IMG/VR virus record: IMGVR_UViG_3300028048_000039
Coordinates: 224,001-288,000 of that record
Length of the DNA: 64,000 nucleotides
Origin: a virus
Taxonomy: Duplodnaviria; Caudoviricetes
Strand: one strand, 5' to 3'
The notes below the pieces were generated by a model. The model saw only the letters and a program-made list of their open reading frames with translations. It ran no database searches and was not told where the DNA came from. This document shows, piece by piece, positions 47,110 through 56,967 of the stretch. A program made the position numbers and the translations under genes. The stretch's first letter is position 1. Each line of letters opens with the position of its first letter.

Positions 47110-47494
47110 ACTTTATAATGACCCTAAGGTCTTCTTCAATCGGTACCTTTAAGTTTCCCGTAGGATATTCAACACCGTCAGATGTCAAGTCCCCATTGAA
47201 CTTAATTTCAAACCACGCTTTATAATATCCCTCCCTAGCAACATCCCTCTTGGTCCATGGATATTGGAGAATGTACTTTTCTTCGCACCCCTCACCACTG
47301 GCAAGTACGACATTTGCTGGGGCATTTGCTACCTTTAAAATCCCGGTTTCTTCATCTATCATTGAAAAGGTTACGATGCTATCTTGTAATGCATCGTTCA
47401 TAAGAGACTTCTGGAAGTCATATCTTCCATCCTTAATGAGTTCCATTTCCAAGACAGGGTTTAACGAACCTTTATTTATAAAAAATTCTTGCAT
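47108..47494 (-). CDS. Ig-like (BppU N-terminal-like) structural protein
   Basis: FFINKG..P.L.MEL...VTFSM...LQYPW...GYYKAWFEIKF..G.LKVP; minus-strand late motif at 47511-47518. Confidence 0.55.
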   Translation of the reverse strand: MQEFFINKGSLNPVLEMELIKDGRYDFQKSLMNDALQDSIVTFSMIDEETGILKVANAPANVVLASGEGCEEKYILQYPWTKRDVAREGYYKAWFEIKFNGDLTSDGVEYPTGNLKVPIEEDLRVIIK

Positions 47495-47520
47495 AATCTT
47501 CTTTTTACTGATAAATAGTC

Positions 47521-47985
47521 CTATTTCTTTGTTTTATAGATACTGAAGCCTTGTTTATTTATCATTTCCTTAAATTTTGGAAGTAAATTAGATACTATTC
47601 GTGAAATCTCATCATAATATTCCTTAAAACCACTGATGTTCCTTCCAATGTTTAATTTTTTTGGCTGGAAAAATATCTGAAATGAGAAACAGGACCTCTT
47701 TCCTTGTGATATGTGGTCCTCAGCGATTTCAAAATTGCTTACATACTTTGCGTCGCTGGTCAATGCAACGTTCTTGAAAATACCACATATTTCCTTATTA
47801 ATTGAATTCACCAAATCCTTTACACTTGATGAATAATTTTCTCTTGAGAAATTAGGCATTAGATAACAACTGCCTTCGATGTAGACAACACCCATAATCT
47901 TCTTATCTGTTGTCCCAACTTTTAACTTAAATAAATCATCCGAAATGGCCTTTTCGCTATTAATTTTTTTCATTCTTTCATCCAT
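47521..47985 (-). CDS. Hypothetical protein
   Basis: 154-aa ORF with an early-type promoter (CTTG-N19-TATATTGT) at 47992-48022. Confidence 0.65.
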   Translation of the reverse strand: MDERMKKINSEKAISDDLFKLKVGTTDKKIMGVVYIEGSCYLMPNFSRENYSSSVKDLVNSINKEICGIFKNVALTSDAKYVSNFEIAEDHISQGKRSCFSFQIFFQPKKLNIGRNISGFKEYYDEISRIVSNLLPKFKEMINKQGFSIYKTKK

Positions 47986-48032
47986 TTATTAACAATATAA
48001 GGATTTTTTCAAAAAAGTCAAGAGGTGGGGGT

Positions 48033-48140
48033 AAATAAAAAAAGGGACCTTGCGCATAGGTCCCTATTGCGGCTAACCTTGTGGCCTCACAGCGAGACTT
48101 GGGCGAGTGCCGCTATCTAATGTCACAACATTTCCCAATC
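48033..48140 (-). ncRNA. Candidate late-expressed structured small RNA
   Basis: Minus-strand CTATTTAT at 48146-48153; GC-rich multi-stem body; 8-bp AGGGACCT/AGGTCCCT terminator plus U7; no ORF. Confidence 0.6.
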
Positions 48141-48235
48141 TATATATAAATAGTTTGTTAGGCTTATTTCGCTGTAAAATAAGAAAAAAATATTTCCTTA
48201 TTCCAGACTATTTATAAGTAATAAAAAGATTGAAA

Positions 48236-49705
48236 ATGATTAGGCATTTTTTCCTCGATAAGACAAATAGTATTTTTGAAGGTTCCTTACAGAACGTTGG
48301 GATAAACCCTGTTTTGCACATTGGCTACGGAAAGAGTTTAATGAGGGGACTGTTACATTTCGACACTTGTCAGGTGGGAGAGCTTATTAAAGATAAAACT
48401 TTTGCTAACATTGAAAAGTTAAAGATAACCCTTAAGATGACCAACTGTTTCTCAATTGATGGACTTCCTTATGAAAAGAACTTAATAAATCCATTAACCA
48501 GGAGAGCAGCGTCATTTGACCTTATGCTAACCAAGCTGCCTTGCGACTGGGATGCCGGAAGAGGGTTTGATTTTATCAGTGATTTTTGGGTGAAAAACAA
48601 CCGTTCATACTCACAGGAAGCCTCCAACTGGTATTGTCCAAAAGACGGCCTATTATGGCCTTATGAAGCTGACTTATTAGACCTCAATAACCCCGAACTT
48701 AATTGGGCTGAATTTAAGATAAACAAATTCGGCGCAAAGGGTGGTGTATATCCAATGATTATGTTAAAGGAAGAATATGAAAAATATCTTGACGGAGAAG
48801 ACTCACTTGTAGTGGGAGTACAGCACTTTGACTTCGGTAATGAAAACCTCGAAATTGATGTTACTGATTATGTAATGGGTGCAATAAAGTCTGGCAATAA
48901 TCCAGGACTTCTCCTTTCCTTTACTCCTAGGTTTGAGAATATGAACTTGGATAACGAAGAATATGTTGGTTTCGTTACTGATAAAACTAACACTTTCTTC
49001 CATCCTTATATAGAAGTTGAATATGATGATTTTATTTCAGATGATAGGGAGTCGTTCACAATAGGAAAGAAAAATAAACTTTGCCTTTATGTTTCTGATA
49101 ACGGTGAAATGGTTAACTTAGATGAGGTTCCTACTTGTTCAGTTAATGGAACCGAGGCTGAGGTTAGGCAAATTACAAAGGGCGTTTATGAAGCTACCGT
49201 TTCTTCTGATGGAATGTCTGAGAATGCAATTTATTATGACACTTGGTCTAACATCTTACTTGATGGTGAAGAACAGGATGATATTGAGCTTGAATTTGCA
49301 ACAAATCCTAAGGAGAGGAAGATTAAGATAGGAACTAATGTTGATATTAAGAGAAACTTCGTTCCTTCAATATACGGAATTAATGACGATGAAAAACTTG
49401 GAAGGGGTGAAACGAGGGAAGTTACTGTTGACTTCAGGAAGCAATATGAAACAGAGAAGAGAGAATTAATTGACGGCGCAATGTTCCGTCTCTACGTGAA
49501 AGATGCTGATAGGGACATTGATATCATAAATTATCATCCAATTGAAAAAGGTTTCTTGTATAACTACTTCATGATACATACAGAGGACCTTATTCCAAAT
49601 GAATATTACATTGATATAAGAATAAAGACTGGTCGTGAAATAAAATACTTCAAGAGAGTATTGAAATTTACGGTTGTAAGTAATGTAACTGAGAGATATA
49701 ATTAA
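48236..49705 (+). CDS. Virion structural protein (beta-rich, C-terminal Ig-like)
   Basis: Late motif at 48208; FDFGNENLEIDVT...TNTFFHPYIEVEYDD. Confidence 0.65.
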   Translation: MIRHFFLDKTNSIFEGSLQNVGINPVLHIGYGKSLMRGLLHFDTCQVGELIKDKTFANIEKLKITLKMTNCFSIDGLPYEKNLINPLTRRAASFDLMLTKLPCDWDAGRGFDFISDFWVKNNRSYSQEASNWYCPKDGLLWPYEADLLDLNNPELNWAEFKINKFGAKGGVYPMIMLKEEYEKYLDGEDSLVVGVQHFDFGNENLEIDVTDYVMGAIKSGNNPGLLLSFTPRFENMNLDNEEYVGFVTDKTNTFFHPYIEVEYDDFISDDRESFTIGKKNKLCLYVSDNGEMVNLDEVPTCSVNGTEAEVRQITKGVYEATVSSDGMSENAIYYDTWSNILLDGEEQDDIELEFATNPKERKIKIGTNVDIKRNFVPSIYGINDDEKLGRGETREVTVDFRKQYETEKRELIDGAMFRLYVKDADRDIDIINYHPIEKGFLYNYFMIHTEDLIPNEYYIDIRIKTGREIKYFKRVLKFTVVSNVTERYN

Positions 49706-49707
49706 GT

Positions 49708-52041
49708 ATGACACTATTTGAAGATATATGCCTTGACCTGCTTCTTGAAGGAAAGACACCAGAAGAAATACTTGCAATGCTAAAGTATAAATTCAAGGAT
49801 ATTCCTGAAGATATAATTGATAAAATCTTTACCATTGATGAGACAAAGAAGAAGTCTTATACCCAGTGGGTGCTTTCACATTGGAAAAACGAGAGTGAAT
49901 TGATTAAACAACTCCTTGATAATGGTAAGATGAAGGCTATGTTTGATTACATCAAGGAAAAACATGATGTTCAGATACAGCAATATAAGACTGTGCAGGA
50001 AATGTTTGATGACCTTAAGCTTAAACTTCCAGCAGATGCTGAGGGCATAGATTTACTTAAAAAAGATGGTGATGGCCCAGAAAACGATTTCGACATATTA
50101 TATAACGATGAAAATTGGGCAATCGTTACTCCAAATACATATCCAGCTTCACATAAGTTAGGTGTTGGTACTGCTTGGTGTACTGCCGGATGGAAATGGG
50201 ATAGAGGTGAATATTATTATAACAATTATCTTCAGAGGGGAGGAAAATATTACATCAACTTTGACAAGAGAGAAAGTGAAACGGATAGAGACGGAAATGA
50301 GAGACCTTATAAGAGATATCAATTCCACTTTGAATCAAACCAGTTTATGGACATTGAGGATGACCCAGTAGACATTAATGACCTCGATATGCCAGAAGGT
50401 GTGGTTCAATTCTATGAAGATGCCGGTTATGATGTAAATGATATTGAAAATGATGAAGAACGTTATGAACGTTATTCCAATGCAAGATATGATGACGGAA
50501 CACGTCTCTTTGGTGATTACTGGCTCTTATGTGACTTTGACGATGATTATGATGTTGATACTATAGGTGATGGCGGATACAGAATTTATGACGTCTCTAA
50601 TGACGATAGAGATAGTGAGTTTCCTAGACTCTATTTTAACGATAACCCTCTTTACATTGGTGATAGGATAATAATCTTAAATCAAAATTATCGTAGCCAT
50701 AATGATACTAATGTAAGTAGATTTATATCTGAAAGGGGTGAGACGGCTAGTCCGTGTATCTTTAATTACGAAGAAGGTAGTGGAAGGTATGGTAGCGGAA
50801 GTATAGGTCTCATTGGTGGCGAAGATGAAGACATTGAATATTATGATGTTATGGATGAATGGAACATTGTATGGGCTGGTGATTATAATATTCATTTTGG
50901 CGACCTGGATTACATTGAATATCCTAATGGTTGTGATAGATTAGTTAATTGTATTTCTATCGATTACCTTGATGACAAATATTATTATGAATGCATCTGG
51001 GATAATGGTGAACATTCATTAATTGTTTTTGATTCATATAATGAGAGTGCTAAGTATGTGATAACACTTGACCAACCTAAGGACGGTGAAAGATTTACCA
51101 TTGAAGAAGATGAAGATGGAGATTACTTTGTCGAAGGAAGACGCAGCACTTATTATTTAGATGAAGACAATTATGAACAAAAGGGAAAACAAAATATTCA
51201 AATCATCAGGAAGGTCCAATTTAATGCTGGTGATTATTATATTGTAAGGCTTAGTGATAGTAGTGTGAATGTCTATGATGCTGAAGAGAGAAGATTAATC
51301 TTTAAAGAGAATTTTTATAACATTTATGATTTAAAGGATTTTACTGAAGATACTGGTGTTGTTTATTGTGCTAATTGGGAAGAAAATACTAAGCTTTATC
51401 TTTATTCAATTACAACCGGTAAAGAAATTTGGGATAAGCCGATTTGGAAGGCTGAGCCAATAAATGGCGGTTTATTGATACAAACATCTGTAGATAATAA
51501 TCTGGTGTTAATGGATAAAACTCTTTATAGATACGAAGCTAAGTATATAAACCCAACAGAAAGTTGGGACCATGCAACTTTCATTTGTAGAAATAAGAAA
51601 GGTGGTTGGACTCTTTATAGTAAAAGGTATGGTCCAGTCGTTGACGGTATAATTGGGGCTAGTACTTATCTTGACAAATCCGCTAGTTGTGCCGTATATA
51701 AATTAGCAAATGGGAAGTTTAATATCTATAAAGATGCAATAAATGGTAAAATATTTGATGTTGATGTAGATAAAATGGCAACCTTCCAAAAGAGATATAG
51801 TGTTTATATATTTTCCTTAATTGGGGAAGAGTATTACTTATATTGGTGGCAAGGTTGTGAAACATATAAATTAGGAAAATATGATGAAGCAATTGAAGCA
51901 TTAAAGAAAATAACATTGGAAAGTGAAAGAGAAGAGTTTATAAATAAATTTAATGAATTTGCAGGGAAACCAAAACAGGCAACTGCAGTAACCGAAAACT
52001 TTAATAGATTTTTAAAGAGAATAAATGACGTAGAATTTTAA
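49708..52041 (+). CDS. Leader-bearing putative cargo protein with a G-T-x-W-C-T-A domain and beta repeats
   Basis: MTLFEDICLDLLLE; LGVGTAWCTAG..YYNNY..RYQFHFESNQFMD; C-terminal VTE. Confidence 0.7.
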   Translation: MTLFEDICLDLLLEGKTPEEILAMLKYKFKDIPEDIIDKIFTIDETKKKSYTQWVLSHWKNESELIKQLLDNGKMKAMFDYIKEKHDVQIQQYKTVQEMFDDLKLKLPADAEGIDLLKKDGDGPENDFDILYNDENWAIVTPNTYPASHKLGVGTAWCTAGWKWDRGEYYYNNYLQRGGKYYINFDKRESETDRDGNERPYKRYQFHFESNQFMDIEDDPVDINDLDMPEGVVQFYEDAGYDVNDIENDEERYERYSNARYDDGTRLFGDYWLLCDFDDDYDVDTIGDGGYRIYDVSNDDRDSEFPRLYFNDNPLYIGDRIIILNQNYRSHNDTNVSRFISERGETASPCIFNYEEGSGRYGSGSIGLIGGEDEDIEYYDVMDEWNIVWAGDYNIHFGDLDYIEYPNGCDRLVNCISIDYLDDKYYYECIWDNGEHSLIVFDSYNESAKYVITLDQPKDGERFTIEEDEDGDYFVEGRRSTYYLDEDNYEQKGKQNIQIIRKVQFNAGDYYIVRLSDSSVNVYDAEERRLIFKENFYNIYDLKDFTEDTGVVYCANWEENTKLYLYSITTGKEIWDKPIWKAEPINGGLLIQTSVDNNLVLMDKTLYRYEAKYINPTESWDHATFICRNKKGGWTLYSKRYGPVVDGIIGASTYLDKSASCAVYKLANGKFNIYKDAINGKIFDVDVDKMATFQKRYSVYIFSLIGEEYYLYWWQGCETYKLGKYDEAIEALKKITLESEREEFINKFNEFAGKPKQATAVTENFNRFLKRINDVEF

Positions 52042-52064
52042 TAATACTACAAATACATATAAGC

Positions 52065-52316
52065 ATGGAAGAAGATGTGTTTAAGTCTGCTATTGCAGCA
52101 ATATCTTCCAATGAGTTTTCTGAAGAAGATGTTAAGACTGTAAAGAAATGGCTCGAAACGCTGAAAACAAAAGAAAACGCAGTAAAGCGAAAGATTGAGC
52201 AAGAGAAAAACACGTTTGTAAAGAATAAGAGTAAAAACAACTCAAAACTAAAAGAAATTAGAAGTGAAATTAAGACAATAAAGAACATACTTAAAAATAG
52301 TAATGGGGACCGTTAA
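52065..52316 (+). CDS. Small coiled-coil protein
   Basis: 83-aa ORF followed by a hairpin. Confidence 0.6.
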   Translation: MEEDVFKSAIAAISSNEFSEEDVKTVKKWLETLKTKENAVKRKIEQEKNTFVKNKSKNNSKLKEIRSEIKTIKNILKNSNGDR

Positions 52317-52329
52317 AGTCCCCATTTTT
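52302..52329. terminator. Intrinsic terminator between convergent genes
   Basis: AATGGGGAC...GTCCCCATT plus T tract. Confidence 0.7.
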
Positions 52330-52333
52330 ATTA

Positions 52334-53209
52334 TTAATTAATTCTTATGCCGTCTGATAATAATCGTTGAGAGTCTAGAAGTTCTGCCTTCTCCGCTAAT
52401 AATTCAGGCACCCTAGTTCCGGCAATCACTGGTTTCCTCATAACATATGAATGTGTATGTGTAATAAACGCATCAATAAATACGCTTAAGAGTTTTACAA
52501 GCTTCTCTCCGTAAGGTATTCTATAATAATCTTTCAATACTTCATTAAGTTTCTCATCAGTTATAAGCTCATCTGGGTCTATATTTCCAAGTGGTTTATC
52601 ATTTGAATGTGTGCTTAACAAGTTTATCTTATCCGCAACAATTGTGGCAGTACTATTGACACGATTATCTAATGGGGTATAGTGATATTTCATCTTAATA
52701 AATGCTGGGTTCTTTTGATTAAAAGTAAGTAAGTATTGATTATCAGCAGTAATCTTTCTTATTCCAGCCTTAATTCTAACATCATCATCAGTAAATTGCA
52801 TCTCAGCACTCTTACGACCCCTAACAACAACATCCTCATCTCTTGGCAAGATTTTTTTGACATTATCGTGGTCAATTAAATAAGGATTAACGTCAGAACC
52901 TTCTTTATAGGCTTTCATCGCTGGATTATTGTCAGCGCTTTCGTTTATTAACTTATGTTCCTGCGAAATGATTGGGCCGATATAATATGCTGGTGATTGT
53001 TCATCAGAACCATCGGTATGAAAGATAAATACACCCTCATTAACCTTTGGTTTTACATGAAAGACCTTAGGAAGAAGTGGAAAGGCATAAAAATTTTTAT
53101 CACCATCTTCTTTAGCCCCGAATGGCGCAACGAGTATTTGCCCACGACCTTGGTCGTCTTTAACGTCCAATACCTTACAATAACTTACACCTGGATTTTT
53201 TTGTGCCAT
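52334..53209 (-). CDS. Baseplate hub/spike protein (gp5/gpV-like OB fold, C-terminal HxH)
   Basis: CKVLDVKDDQGRGQI...AFPLLP..HVKPKVNEGVFI...YYIGP; PYGEKL..THTHSY. Confidence 0.6.
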   Translation of the reverse strand: MAQKNPGVSYCKVLDVKDDQGRGQILVAPFGAKEDGDKNFYAFPLLPKVFHVKPKVNEGVFIFHTDGSDEQSPAYYIGPIISQEHKLINESADNNPAMKAYKEGSDVNPYLIDHDNVKKILPRDEDVVVRGRKSAEMQFTDDDVRIKAGIRKITADNQYLLTFNQKNPAFIKMKYHYTPLDNRVNSTATIVADKINLLSTHSNDKPLGNIDPDELITDEKLNEVLKDYYRIPYGEKLVKLLSVFIDAFITHTHSYVMRKPVIAGTRVPELLAEKAELLDSQRLLSDGIRIN

Positions 53210-53210
53210 G

Positions 53211-53396
53211 TTAATTCAAAATATTTTTTCTTATTTTTAATTCTTGTTCTGCCTTTGTATATTCGTTCTCTAATTCCTCCATTTCTTTGCAGATTGAAAC
53301 AACCTTACTCTTCTTTGCTTCATATTCATTCTTCAACGTTTCGAGGGCAAGGCGTATTTCAGAATTACTCATATTACTATAATCTTTCTTTTCCAT
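53211..53396 (-). CDS. Small coiled-coil protein
   Basis: 61 aa, within the operon. Confidence 0.65.
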   Translation of the reverse strand: MEKKDYSNMSNSEIRLALETLKNEYEAKKSKVVSICKEMEELENEYTKAEQELKIRKNILN

Positions 53397-53408
53397 ATTT
53401 CAAATTTT

Positions 53409-53801
53409 TTACTGAATTATACCACTTGCTATTGAGTCTAAAAGGTTAGTACCAGTACAGGTGACTGGCCCTCCAGCATTACCACCTGTTGCCTGGATTA
53501 ATAGGCTCTGCATTGGAATTGCCGTCGTAACCTTTGCGTCATATCTTATAGCCTCAAAAATATTTTTAACTATAGCATATATTTGGATATTGTTAAGGTT
53601 CGGAGAACCATCTGGATTTGGGCCAGTTGGAATTCCCGCTGCCTGAACATCTTCAATTATTTTAGCCGTTGTATTATATGCTGAAAGACCAGTCCTCTTT
53701 AATGAGAGGCATTTCAAAATTGGTGCTGGGAGAACATTTAATGGTGTTTTCCCAGAATCCATTGTATCACTAATCTTTTTAACTACTGTACTAATATTCA
53801 T
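53409..53801 (-). CDS. Putative baseplate-associated protein
   Basis: AGIPTGPNPDGSPN...ATGGNAGGPV; late operon next to the spike gene. Confidence 0.55.
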   Translation of the reverse strand: MNISTVVKKISDTMDSGKTPLNVLPAPILKCLSLKRTGLSAYNTTAKIIEDVQAAGIPTGPNPDGSPNLNNIQIYAIVKNIFEAIRYDAKVTTAIPMQSLLIQATGGNAGGPVTCTGTNLLDSIASGIIQ

Positions 53802-53808
53802 AATAAAA

Positions 53809-56520
53809 CTAACATTCTGATGAGGTTTCAGGAATGTCTTGTGTTTCCTCTGTGATTATATCAGCATAATCAACATCATCAATTCCATTCTGAATACCAT
53901 TATTTCTTCCATTAAAGAGGCTTGCAACTCCGCTAATACATGATGCTGCCTGTTCCAATAATTTCCTCCATGCCTTAAGCTGTTCCATCATCTTCAACCC
54001 TTCCCACATGAGAAGTATTATTGCGATAGTTTCCTTAAAAAGTTTTAACAGTTCAGTAATAATTATATTTTTTACAAATATAATGATAGACTTAAGCAAA
54101 CCAAGAAGTTTATTCAACATTACATTGATAAGTTTTCCGGCATCGATTCCAAAGAAATCACTACTCTTAACCATACCAGTAAGATTAAAGTTAATATAAA
54201 GTAGCAACATTACTTGTGGCGTGAATAATGCCTCAGCAATCGGTTCTGTTATTCCCCAAAGGAGTTCTTTAAGAATGTTTCCATCAAAATTAGCCTTCAC
54301 GCCATAATCAATTGTAGATTCGATTCCTGGGTCGACTGTAACGTCAGTTACCAATTTTTGAATTGCCTCAACACTACCCTCTGGTGTTGCGGTCGCATTA
54401 ACCTTATCTATTGAACTTAAATAACTATTAATATCATGAGTTCTCACAATGGAATTTTCGCCACCATAATATGTAGCATTATACTTACTAAGGAGTGTTT
54501 CTTCCATCATTTGATTAAATTCATCATTTGTGAATGTGAAGTAACAATCCTCGACTTCCATATCATTAGCCTCTACAATATTTTTAATCGCTTTTGAAAG
54601 TTTGCCCTGGATTATGCTCTTTGTCAATGTTACATTTAACATGTCATTTGTTGAAAGTGAGAAACCTAATAGGTATTCGCACATCTTGACAAGCAACAAT
54701 TTAGGATGAAGTATTCTAATACTTTGAAGATAATCCCAATCAAACTTATAAACACTTGCGTTGAGGTAAGGCATTCTCCTTGTAATTGTCTTGCCATCTA
54801 TAACCCTCTTTCTTATTCCGGGAGCAAAGTATCTTTGTGCTGGCATGTGAAGCTTGAGTACCCCCTTTCCTTCAGCTTCCATCTGTAAGATTGGATAAAG
54901 ATTATCTGGCTGCTGACCATAAAGTGAAAATTCACCATCAGGAAACTTTAAACCAGGTGTTGAGTCTAGTGCCTTTGATTCATACCACTTGTTCCAATCA
55001 CGTGGCGTTTGTCTATCGGTTTTTGTGTCCTTAGCAAGTAACCTACTATCCCACATCATGTGATTATATTCAATATAAGGAGTCTTGGAACCCATATTAA
55101 GAACATACCAAATAAATGCGTTCATATCCCTCGTCTGATATAGCGTTTGTGGCATTAGGCCATCATAGCAAACAATATATTCTGGGTCTTCTTCAGTAGT
55201 ACTCTTATAAGATGGAATAGCACTTACACGAGTAAATGTTTCACCAGAAGGGATTGCATTTCTATCACACTCGACATATTCAAGAACTTTTTTCTTTTCA
55301 TTTTTAGTATATACTTCTCCTTCTTGCTTCTCCTCCTTAGTAATTTTTGGTATTGTCTCGGCATTAACCTCAGAACCTGGGCCTAAGAATAAGTCACTGT
55401 TTTCCCACCCATTTTTAAACCAATCTTCACCGACAACTTCTTCAACTCCCTCACTATCAAAGAAAACTCTTGTCCTTTCCGTTGTGGAAGAACCTGTACC
55501 AATCTCAGTAAATTTACTGTCATCATTTACATACAATTTTTTAATCCATGTATAAATACGAAAATTAACAGTAGATGACACATCATTTTGGGTGAATGGA
55601 TGCATTTCAAATTCTTCTGAATCCAGTTCGCCAGCCTTAATTGTTACTTCTTTTTCCACTAAGGGCGCCTTATAAATTGGTGGTTCATAATAAATGTGAA
55701 TACGAAGGTCGGCGTCAACAACATCTGAAAGTGTAAAATACCATCTATGTGAATTCTGCGCACTGGCTTTAGCTATTTTGATACTCACATTTTGAGCATA
55801 CTTTGGTACTTCTGAAATTACTTCCTTTACACCACTAGTCTTAGCTGATGTTTCGATTGGTATATCCTTTTCAACTTCTTCCTTGTGATAATATTTGTTC
55901 CTACCCTCAACCGCATAATACAATAAACCTTCTTCTGACACTGGGTTTATATTAAGCATGCCAGTTTTATCTATTAATCTAACAGGTATCCTCAAGGGAA
56001 ATTCTGGTCTTCCATCAAAAACCCTATTATCAATCAAATCCTTTAGTTTAACCTTCTGTGGTATATTATACTCTTGGTTCATTAACACACCAGTTACGCC
56101 AGAAAGATTACTTGAGTCAAATACTTGATTTGGAAGAATTGGGAGAGCAGAGCACGAATAGAGGCTAGTTAAAAGTCCCATAAGCACTTCTTTAATGCCA
56201 TACTCCAATGTGTTAAGGAATGTACTCTGTTCAAATTCCTCAAAGCTTTTATCGCTTAAAAACCCAGATGTTTCATCCCAAAGTTCATCTTTTGACTTTT
56301 CCTTAACACCAAATACTTTAACAATGAGCCATTTTATAAGTTCATCAGTAGTAAGACCACATGACTTCAAGACATCCATTAAGAAGTCAAATACTGAAGA
56401 GTATGGCCCCTCAGTATTTAAGTCTAAACCATCAAATAATGACATAGGGAACTTTTCGACAAGTGTTTTCATTGTCGAAATATCTGCTAAAACTTCTTTA
56501 CATGTCTTGGTTGTTGCCAT
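53809..56520 (-). CDS. Large putative tail/baseplate structural protein
   Basis: 903-aa ORF in the late operon with the spike gene. Confidence 0.6.
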   Translation of the reverse strand: MATTKTCKEVLADISTMKTLVEKFPMSLFDGLDLNTEGPYSSVFDFLMDVLKSCGLTTDELIKWLIVKVFGVKEKSKDELWDETSGFLSDKSFEEFEQSTFLNTLEYGIKEVLMGLLTSLYSCSALPILPNQVFDSSNLSGVTGVLMNQEYNIPQKVKLKDLIDNRVFDGRPEFPLRIPVRLIDKTGMLNINPVSEEGLLYYAVEGRNKYYHKEEVEKDIPIETSAKTSGVKEVISEVPKYAQNVSIKIAKASAQNSHRWYFTLSDVVDADLRIHIYYEPPIYKAPLVEKEVTIKAGELDSEEFEMHPFTQNDVSSTVNFRIYTWIKKLYVNDDSKFTEIGTGSSTTERTRVFFDSEGVEEVVGEDWFKNGWENSDLFLGPGSEVNAETIPKITKEEKQEGEVYTKNEKKKVLEYVECDRNAIPSGETFTRVSAIPSYKSTTEEDPEYIVCYDGLMPQTLYQTRDMNAFIWYVLNMGSKTPYIEYNHMMWDSRLLAKDTKTDRQTPRDWNKWYESKALDSTPGLKFPDGEFSLYGQQPDNLYPILQMEAEGKGVLKLHMPAQRYFAPGIRKRVIDGKTITRRMPYLNASVYKFDWDYLQSIRILHPKLLLVKMCEYLLGFSLSTNDMLNVTLTKSIIQGKLSKAIKNIVEANDMEVEDCYFTFTNDEFNQMMEETLLSKYNATYYGGENSIVRTHDINSYLSSIDKVNATATPEGSVEAIQKLVTDVTVDPGIESTIDYGVKANFDGNILKELLWGITEPIAEALFTPQVMLLLYINFNLTGMVKSSDFFGIDAGKLINVMLNKLLGLLKSIIIFVKNIIITELLKLFKETIAIILLMWEGLKMMEQLKAWRKLLEQAASCISGVASLFNGRNNGIQNGIDDVDYADIITEETQDIPETSSEC

Positions 56521-56525
56521 TTCTC

Positions 56526-56930
56526 TTAGTTCTTCTTAATATTATATACGTCAGCGTCACCGCCTTCATCGTTAATAGCGGCCTTAAGGTCGTCAAGCCT
56601 TAATGCTGTTCTCTTGACAAAGTTTTTGTCACTAACAACATCAGAGGCGTTACCATTATGCTTTATTACTTCACCGAGAAATTTAGCAATTTCAAACTTT
56701 GAAGCAATGGCCTTTCTCTTATCATCTAAAAAATTGTGAATGGCGGTTGCATACTTAGTTTTTTCTTCCATGGTAACACCATCGGCAGCTAAGTTTGTTG
56801 AGTTTGTAATCTTGTTTTTCTCATTATCAATCTCATTTATCTGCCTACAAGCCTGGTCATAAATCTCCTGGAGAAGTTCTTCGAGCTTTTCTGTTGAATT
56901 TAATCTTACCTTGTACCTTTTAGTTTCCAT
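56526..56930 (-). CDS. Hypothetical helical protein
   Basis: Minus-strand late motif at 56947-56954. Confidence 0.65.
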   Translation of the reverse strand: METKRYKVRLNSTEKLEELLQEIYDQACRQINEIDNEKNKITNSTNLAADGVTMEEKTKYATAIHNFLDDKRKAIASKFEIAKFLGEVIKHNGNASDVVSDKNFVKRTALRLDDLKAAINDEGGDADVYNIKKN

Positions 56931-56967
56931 AGTAAATTATTTTCTCATAAATAGCAGTAAGCCATTT

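Noticed and set aside
48069-48113. tRNA, given the cloverleaf-like fold
   Set aside because: Only 45 nt, with no TTC T-loop, 7-nt anticodon loop or CCA. No tRNA was recognised anywhere in the window.
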